DNA of 64,000 nucleotides from positions 1 through 64,000 of the IMG/VR virus record IMGVR_UViG_3300045988_108509. One strand, 5' to 3'. Below are positions 57,703 to 64,000 of the stretch, one piece after another (position 1 is the first letter of the stretch; each line of letters opens with the position of its first letter). The stretch is from a virus. The translations under genes were made by a program, and so were the position numbers. The notes under the pieces were generated by a model. The model did not search any database. It was not told where the DNA came from and was given only the letters and a program-made list of their open reading frames with translations.

Positions 57703-59961
57703 TTACCTACATTCCAATTTATTAAGATCATCCAATTCAGGCTTGCTTACGGTCATGTCTTGCGTCAAGCCAGATCTGTTTTGGTATGGAGCGTAATCGG
57801 TTTCTACCGTCTTAGCCTTCTGAGTAGAATCGTATTTCACCTCTGATTCGGTTCCTGTCAGATTTTGGTAGATAGAGCCGGAACTACTCTCGCTTACTTT
57901 AGACCATATCTTATTACCTACTCTTATAAAATTATCATAAATACCTTCGGCTGTTATAACACCATCTTGCTCTACGATATTAGGGCCCGATTTTTCTTTT
58001 AACAAATACGGGTGCCTGGTGTAAAAATAGTGTTCAAAATCATTCCCGGCATACGAAGGGTCATACTTCTCCAAATAAAACAATTCTGATAAAGAAGGGT
58101 CGGTACTGGTCATGCTATAATCAAACAACATCAACCTGTCTTTTCCAGATAAAGATAATTCTATTGATTTCAAAATATCAGGATCATCAGAAATAAGGCC
58201 CAAAGATGGACCAGGTTTGAAGTCAAGATACTTATAGGCATTATCATATAATTTTGTTTTATGGAGTTTGTTGTCAAGGTAAGATTGGTATAAATCGAAT
58301 AAGGATAATGGGTTTTCGCTATCTTGTTTTTTGTTCATGTATCGACTATACTCCCGATCCACATCCACGTAAGGAACGTCAAGTACCGCCGGGTGTCCAA
58401 ACGCCATCCTGGTCATTATCATGTCCTCCGTGTTCTGAGAATCCATGAACGATCTGACGTATTTTTTAATGGAATCCATGAGCGTATTATTATCTACGTT
58501 CCGTACTTTCTCTTTATCCAAAACGCCGTTCTTAAAACAAGATTCAGGATATATTTTAGTAGAAAAATGAGTTAGGTTGTGCTTGGCTAATACTGTTGAT
58601 ATTTGATACATCTCGTTAAGATCATCTTTGCTGATCCTTTGATATAGATTATCTCCTACCTTAAGCAATGAATGTTTCTCAAATGCCTCTACTGGGTCTA
58701 TATCGGATTCAGAATAAACGATATTCAAATTATCCATATACTCCGGCAATAATCCAAAATAATAGTCTGTACTATCACCAAGAACATCATCTATAGAAGA
58801 TGCCAGCGTTGGAGCATAATTTACATCATTATGCCTGGCCACATAAATATCAAGATCCAGCATCAAATTATCTATCTTATTCAAAGATTCTTCTGTGCCA
58901 TCATAAGTTTCCGATGTCCCTATTATATCTATGCCAAACCACGTACAAGCCTCTTCTATATCCCATATCATGCTTCTTAAATCAGATTCGGTGTCGGCAT
59001 TAGCCCTATGTAAATAAGCTGATATACGAGCTCTTAGGAACTCTATTTTGCCAGGATTGTAATAAGACAGATCTTGTAGCTTAGATAAGGATCTTCTCTT
59101 GCCTTCCACCACATCATCCCCTTCTATGTTTATTACCGGAATCTTATTCGTAGATGAGAACTCATCAAACATAGATTCGGCAAATTCTTTATCAGAAACG
59201 AATTTCTCAACCAGTTCAGGATATGAATTTCTCAACAATTCAAAAGCAGATGAAAATTCAGAAAAGTTTTTTATGCCGGCTACTGTTTTACGCATAGCAT
59301 AATAAAGCTCAGAAGGATTATATGGTACCTTTTTACCAAATTGGTTAAACACTCCCTCCTTGTAAACAATAGGACCATACTGATAGTCAATAGACATAAA
59401 ATAATTATCTTTTTCCCTATCATGTTCGTTAATAGAAGAATCTATTAACTTTCTCATGGAAGTCGAAACCTCATTTAAAACAGAAGGATCGGATAAAATA
59501 CGACTTATCTCTGTTTCATTATACAAACCGGATCTCCTTAATTTCTGCTCATTCAGTATCAAACTGCCATCTACATAAAAATCGAAGAGAATAGCATTAG
59601 ACAATGAAGACGCATTGAAAAAATAATGAGTAGACAAAAGGAAATCCCTTACATCCTTAATGTCCTGAGCCGTTAAAGGATCAGCAAAATAAGTCTGACG
59701 CTTCATATACGACAGCACGTCTTCTAAAAGAGGTTCACCATTGGGATCAGTATTAAACATCTCCCCTGGAGCCGGGTTATTCCAATGACCATAATACGAC
59801 AAAAAACCAGGAGTGTAAGCCTTAGCCCATACCTGAAGAGCCCGCTCGCTGTTTCCTAATACTTTTAAAGCACTTTCGTAAAGAACGGAAGGCTCCCCGT
59901 TAGGAGCCTTAACCCGTTTTATTTCATTTTCCTTTTTTTCTATCTGACATTTGACACCCAT
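57703..59961 (-). CDS. 752-aa hypothetical virion-associated protein
   Basis: ORF track; no diagnostic motif. Confidence 0.65.
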   Translation of the reverse strand: MGVKCQIEKKENEIKRVKAPNGEPSVLYESALKVLGNSERALQVWAKAYTPGFLSYYGHWNNPAPGEMFNTDPNGEPLLEDVLSYMKRQTYFADPLTAQDIKDVRDFLLSTHYFFNASSLSNAILFDFYVDGSLILNEQKLRRSGLYNETEISRILSDPSVLNEVSTSMRKLIDSSINEHDREKDNYFMSIDYQYGPIVYKEGVFNQFGKKVPYNPSELYYAMRKTVAGIKNFSEFSSAFELLRNSYPELVEKFVSDKEFAESMFDEFSSTNKIPVINIEGDDVVEGKRRSLSKLQDLSYYNPGKIEFLRARISAYLHRANADTESDLRSMIWDIEEACTWFGIDIIGTSETYDGTEESLNKIDNLMLDLDIYVARHNDVNYAPTLASSIDDVLGDSTDYYFGLLPEYMDNLNIVYSESDIDPVEAFEKHSLLKVGDNLYQRISKDDLNEMYQISTVLAKHNLTHFSTKIYPESCFKNGVLDKEKVRNVDNNTLMDSIKKYVRSFMDSQNTEDMIMTRMAFGHPAVLDVPYVDVDREYSRYMNKKQDSENPLSLFDLYQSYLDNKLHKTKLYDNAYKYLDFKPGPSLGLISDDPDILKSIELSLSGKDRLMLFDYSMTSTDPSLSELFYLEKYDPSYAGNDFEHYFYTRHPYLLKEKSGPNIVEQDGVITAEGIYDNFIRVGNKIWSKVSESSSGSIYQNLTGTESEVKYDSTQKAKTVETDYAPYQNRSGLTQDMTVSKPELDDLNKLECR

Positions 59962-59978
59962 TGTAATTAACTTTTTTG

Positions 59979-59986
59979 CAAAGTTA
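59979..59986 (-). promoter_or_regulatory. candidate -7 element TAACTTTG (minus strand), 17 nt upstream of the ATG of the 752-aa gene
   Basis: Reverse complement of CAAAGTTA. Confidence 0.3.
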
Positions 59987-59987
59987 A

Positions 59988-60320
59988 TTATAAAACCGAC
60001 TTATACAATGACGGATCCCAAATTCCTTCTATATAAATCTCCGGAAAACTCAAACTGCCATCACGAAGAGTGGTGACTTCCAAGCTGGGAATGTTGAAAA
60101 CAGTACTGGTATCACCAAACTCACCATTCAACTTGATAGCATTTCCGCTGTTATTAGCCTCATAATAAAAATAACAATAATTTTCATTAATGCTTGGATC
60201 ATATTCGTACCAATATGTTAGATCTTGTATATGATCTTCTATGTTACCAATTTTGTTTTCACCTAATATAAAAAATACCATTATTGCTATGATTATAAAC
60301 CATAGATTCATAACCACCAT
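59988..60320 (-). CDS. hypothetical protein with N-terminal TM helix
   Basis: ORF track; overlaps the next ORF by 62 nt. Confidence 0.4.
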   Translation of the reverse strand: MVVMNLWFIIIAIMVFFILGENKIGNIEDHIQDLTYWYEYDPSINENYCYFYYEANNSGNAIKLNGEFGDTSTVFNIPSLEVTTLRDGSLSFPEIYIEGIWDPSLYKSVL

Positions 60321-60528
60321 AATTCCAATTACTATTAAACATTATGTAACTAACATCAGAATCATGATCTTTTAATACAGGTCCTATATGTATATGAATT
60401 TTATTAAACTGACATACATAAGGTCTTTTTCCTCCAAGCCTTTTTATATCTTCATTGGATAACTTATTATAACATCCTCCCACGAAATTATCCGCAGCAT
60501 TAAAAAATCTCCTTCTCATACTCAACAC
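60259..60528 (-). CDS. hypothetical protein
   Basis: ORF track. Confidence 0.4.
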   Translation of the reverse strand: MLSMRRRFFNAADNFVGGCYNKLSNEDIKRLGGKRPYVCQFNKIHIHIGPVLKDHDSDVSYIMFNSNWNYGGYESMVYNHSNNGIFYIR

Positions 60529-63500
60529 TCCTTATTTAACTCATTTATCGAATCCGAATTATCAGAACCTTCTACGAGATTCTTATTCCTATCTATCTCT
60601 TCCTGGCTCATATTACTCATCATATTTTGTATTTTTCTACCAGATTGAGATAAAGAGCGGATGAATGCACTGGAACTTATCTTAACTCCAAGATCCGGTT
60701 TTGCCCTAAACGCTTCACCGGTACTGATATTATACAAATCATACACACCTGAGTTCATATAGAATTTATATATCCAGTTTCCACCAGCTTTTTTGTACCC
60801 TAATTTGGTTAACTCGACTACACTCATACCAAATTTAATGCCATTACGACCCATTATCTTCTCTGGTATAGGTTCTACCTTAGCCGGAACAGATGTATAT
60901 GCTTCATCACCGCCGTACAGGAAATAAGGAGATGTTACCCTTGATATGTGAGTAAGCGGTTCTTCGGATATACGAGGTTCGTCTTTTTCTATTTCTCCTT
61001 TTGTAGATCCAGGTAATTCGACATTTCCTTCAACTTCGACATTTGTTCTGGATTGTCCTTTGCCTTCTCCATCTCCCTTTTTATCGCCATCTTCCTCAGT
61101 GCGTACTGCACCGCCTTCTGCACTTCCTTCTTTTCCATCATTTAAAATATTATCTGATTCTGACTCTATAGACTCCACAACAGCGGCATACTCTGGTATG
61201 CCGCTAAGGAAATCTGCTACATTATTCAAAAACTCTATTTTTTCCTCGTTTGTCATATCAAGGCTTTCCACGGGCCTCCATATGGCAGGCAAGTTGCTTG
61301 ATTTTATTGCAGTAGAAACATCTTCTACAGTTTTATTATCCACCGTAGGCAAAACTTTAGAAACCAAACTATTGATATCAGATTCCATTTTTTCTACTTC
61401 CTCTTTTGTGCCATATTCTTTTAGGGTATCCATACCATTGACTCTAAGAGAATAATTTAAAGCCTTACTTGGAACAAAATTAATATATTTCAAAAAGTTT
61501 TTCAACTCTGATATAATTTGTTCATCAGATCTTGGCCCAACATAATCAACCACCACCTGATCTGTTTGAGAACGAAGCCAAGAAACGTATTCTTCTAAGG
61601 TCTTACCACCTTTACTGGAAGGAGTGGATATTTTATCACCTACTGTTCCTTTAGGTTCTAATCCCATTTCTTCCTTAAGGCTTTTAGGATTACCTCTCTC
61701 ACGAAGAAACCTCAAATCACCTCCTACAATCTTCCTTGCTATAAAATCAAAAATATTAGCATAAGACGGCAATCCTTCTTTTTCTATATGAGATTCTATT
61801 TCGTTTAACATAAGAGAGAAGTTTTTCCTGGAGGTACGCTTCTTGCCAGGTAAAGACTGCGTAGCTTGTGCCGCAGGAGCCGGCTGAGCTAATGGCGCCG
61901 GCTGAGTCTCCCGGGCAGCCCCTTCCTCTGGCATTTCCTCTTCATAAACTTCCACATCTTCTACCTTAGAAGTAACGGTCTTACCCTCATCAGAGAAAGG
62001 AAGATCATCCTCTATAAGCGATTTAGGTCTGGAAGATGATTTGCCAAACTGAATCCTGATCTTAGGAGCGACAAACATCTCACCTTCGAAATCTATTCCA
62101 GATTCTACTTCAGACGTCACAATGTCTTTCACATTCCTGCTTTCATCTTCTACCCACTTAACAACATCAGGAACCGTAGATAATTTTTCTATAGCCTCAC
62201 GAGCTTTTCTAAGCCCTGAAATAGGATTCAAATACGATACTTGATACGAAGCCGGATCAAGACCTAACTTGGTTAGATACGCATTAAGATCTTGTATGTC
62301 ATCTTGACCCATCTGTAGCAATTCAGAATCACCAGATTCAAGCAGCATATCTATAAAAGACATCCATTTCTGCCCTTCCTCTGATTCTACAGAACGTAGG
62401 CTAACTGGGAAAAGATAATTAAGACCGTTTTTACCTTTGATGACGACTACCGGAACTCTTACATTTTTGTAATTATTCCCCTTGTCATTTAATATAGAAT
62501 AAGCAAATGGGAAGCCTGTGTATTTAGATCCGTTCTTAAGCACGACTTTGCCATTTAATACATATCCAACATCAGATACTTTTTCAGCACCTTTTTCGGT
62601 AATAGGGAGATTTTCTATCTGGCCATATCCTTGACCGTTCACCTTCATGTTAAACACCGGTCTTCCGGGAAGGGTCTGGGCAACAACATGCGTGCCGACG
62701 CCGATGGTAGCCGACCGGCCGGCGTCCTTCTTCCACTTGTTAAAAGCCGTTCTTCTTATTTTACTTATACCATCTATGCCTCCTGTATCAGCTTTTACAA
62801 CAGAAACGAATCTGTTCCCACTCATGACCTTGATAACCATATTGGACACCAGTTTATTCTCAGCAGATTCTATTCTTTTTTTATCGCCGGACTGAACAGC
62901 ATCATTGTATTCGGCAAAAAGAGACTGATTATAAGTATCATTTACATCTATTTCGAGATTAACCTTATCTCCTTTTTTCAAAGAAGATAATGCTTCCTGA
63001 TCTATTTTATCTACCTCATTCTCTCCGAATCCGACACCCGTTCTGTACGGAACCAATTCATCTGAATCAAGACGCTTATAAACCAAAGAATAGGAATTAC
63101 CCACGTCCTGAATAGACACGTCTGTGTAACGGTTAAGAACACGAGCCGATTCTTTGTCTATAGACCATCTCGCATGATAAGGCAGTTCAATTATAGTAGC
63201 CGTTTCTCCACCTATGTTAAGAGAATACCTTTTAGTACCATTAGCGTTCGTTTCAGAGCTTATTTGAATAGGAACCAATGATTTTATAGAAGATATAAAT
63301 TTATCGGCTCTAAGACCCGCAATTTCATACCTTTCGTTGCCATCGTTGGATATTCTTCTAACCATCAACGTCTCTGGATTTTGGGCACTATCTATGTTAG
63401 CTCCAGGCGTATTATCGGATTCATCTAACTCATTTACAAGAGAATCTATATTGGTATCATCCTCCCCAAAATTACTTAACGTAGATTCGGAAATACGACC

Positions 63501-64000
63501 TTTATCAATAATCCTGTTTTGTTCGATATAAGGAAGGAGATCTGTGATGTTTCCAACCTGGCCAAGATCTTCTATGGTAAATACAGAATCGGCAAGCTTA
63601 TCTTCGTCAACCTTCTCCCCTTTATCCCGTCTGTTCATTATATCAACATACGAAGAAATAGCATCATCAAGTTCCTTCCTTTGATCTGGTTCCAAATTGG
63701 ATTTAGCCATATCAATAATAGCTTTATTATCCTCATACACAGATCGATGTTCAGTAAGTCTCCTAACTTTATCTGATAAATCTTTTATCATCTTAGCCGG
63801 ACTATCACCAAGATTTGATATATAATCATCAATATCCTGTTTATACTTTTCATATATCTCCTTCTCCCTTGGAGATAAAAGATCTTGATTACCTGTATAT
63901 ATCTTATCTACGATACGTTCTTTAACCTCTATAGGTGCAGACAAAAGATCTTCCATTGCCGACTCATAATCAAAATCAGACAATATATCTTCTTTCGGCT
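60522..64000 (-). CDS. large (>1153 aa) hypothetical virion-associated protein, N-terminus beyond the window edge; contains Pro/Ala/Glu-rich linker
   Basis: The ORF remains open to position 64000 (no stop in frame at the edge). Confidence 0.65.
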   Translation of the reverse strand, partial: PKEDILSDFDYESAMEDLLSAPIEVKERIVDKIYTGNQDLLSPREKEIYEKYKQDIDDYISNLGDSPAKMIKDLSDKVRRLTEHRSVYEDNKAIIDMAKSNLEPDQRKELDDAISSYVDIMNRRDKGEKVDEDKLADSVFTIEDLGQVGNITDLLPYIEQNRIIDKGRISESTLSNFGEDDTNIDSLVNELDESDNTPGANIDSAQNPETLMVRRISNDGNERYEIAGLRADKFISSIKSLVPIQISSETNANGTKRYSLNIGGETATIIELPYHARWSIDKESARVLNRYTDVSIQDVGNSYSLVYKRLDSDELVPYRTGVGFGENEVDKIDQEALSSLKKGDKVNLEIDVNDTYNQSLFAEYNDAVQSGDKKRIESAENKLVSNMVIKVMSGNRFVSVVKADTGGIDGISKIRRTAFNKWKKDAGRSATIGVGTHVVAQTLPGRPVFNMKVNGQGYGQIENLPITEKGAEKVSDVGYVLNGKVVLKNGSKYTGFPFAYSILNDKGNNYKNVRVPVVVIKGKNGLNYLFPVSLRSVESEEGQKWMSFIDMLLESGDSELLQMGQDDIQDLNAYLTKLGLDPASYQVSYLNPISGLRKAREAIEKLSTVPDVVKWVEDESRNVKDIVTSEVESGIDFEGEMFVAPKIRIQFGKSSSRPKSLIEDDLPFSDEGKTVTSKVEDVEVYEEEMPEEGAARETQPAPLAQPAPAAQATQSLPGKKRTSRKNFSLMLNEIESHIEKEGLPSYANIFDFIARKIVGGDLRFLRERGNPKSLKEEMGLEPKGTVGDKISTPSSKGGKTLEEYVSWLRSQTDQVVVDYVGPRSDEQIISELKNFLKYINFVPSKALNYSLRVNGMDTLKEYGTKEEVEKMESDINSLVSKVLPTVDNKTVEDVSTAIKSSNLPAIWRPVESLDMTNEEKIEFLNNVADFLSGIPEYAAVVESIESESDNILNDGKEGSAEGGAVRTEEDGDKKGDGEGKGQSRTNVEVEGNVELPGSTKGEIEKDEPRISEEPLTHISRVTSPYFLYGGDEAYTSVPAKVEPIPEKIMGRNGIKFGMSVVELTKLGYKKAGGNWIYKFYMNSGVYDLYNISTGEAFRAKPDLGVKISSSAFIRSLSQSGRKIQNMMSNMSQEEIDRNKNLVEGSDNSDSINELNKEC

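Noticed and set aside
1-64000. CRISPR array, integrase/att sites, reverse transcriptase or DGR, rRNA
   Set aside because: No regularly spaced short repeats with unique spacers were seen. No tyrosine- or serine-recombinase motifs and no YxDD RT motif were found in any frame.

Overview
Conclusion: this 64 kb window is AT-rich (about one-third GC by eye) and is densely packed with short genes. It looks like part of a large tailed dsDNA phage genome. No rRNA, CRISPR array, integrase or reverse transcriptase was seen.

Layout: positions 1-40930 are almost entirely plus-strand genes: many small hypothetical, zinc-ribbon or Cys-rich proteins, together with a replication and recombination set (details in the features list). 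A perfect 16-bp hairpin at 40974-41020 is a bidirectional terminator that separates this block from a minus-strand block, 41020-64000. The minus-strand block holds two adjacent MRRRF-initiated putative receptor-binding proteins (one with a DUF1566-like lectin domain) and a 2140-aa giant protein. It also holds a run of small genes separated by intrinsic terminators, low-complexity RG-rich and Gly/Asn/Gln-rich proteins, and a KilA-N + T5orf172 selfish-type gene in an extra AT-rich island. It ends with a 752-aa protein and a protein of more than 1153 aa that runs off the window.

Most interesting observations:
- An acyl-carrier-protein (ACP) homolog, an NfeD-like membrane protein and a full-length flotillin (SPFH + EA-repeat) form one co-oriented cluster at 29613-32080.
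- The ACP reading frame carries an in-frame TAA followed immediately by ATG. Two further possible in-frame TAA interruptions lie at 7137 and 8188.
- Five stem-loops in the first 5.7 kb share a conserved 16-nt loop (consensus YGGYCTGTGAAGRTAK). Their stems differ in sequence but stay complementary.
- Two of those stem-loops are coupled to a duplicated tRNA-like T-arm/acceptor element (GGTTCGATTC...ATCTCACA) that does not fold into a full tRNA.
- A 51-bp tandem repeat array sits at the window start.
- Short GC-rich in-frame islands (roughly 55-65% GC by eye, 60-130 bp) are embedded in many genes.
- A TOPRIM-like protein and a small ABC ATPase form a gene pair that resembles a defence or anti-defence module.

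Host inference: about 15 genes were checked by eye. Most lack a Shine-Dalgarno sequence and sit in A-rich context, and three TAnnTTTG -7 motifs lie before genes 17-24 nt upstream of the ATG. This suggests a Bacteroidota host, although a handful of genes do carry strong SD sequences.

All functional calls come from motif recognition by eye. No database search was run.
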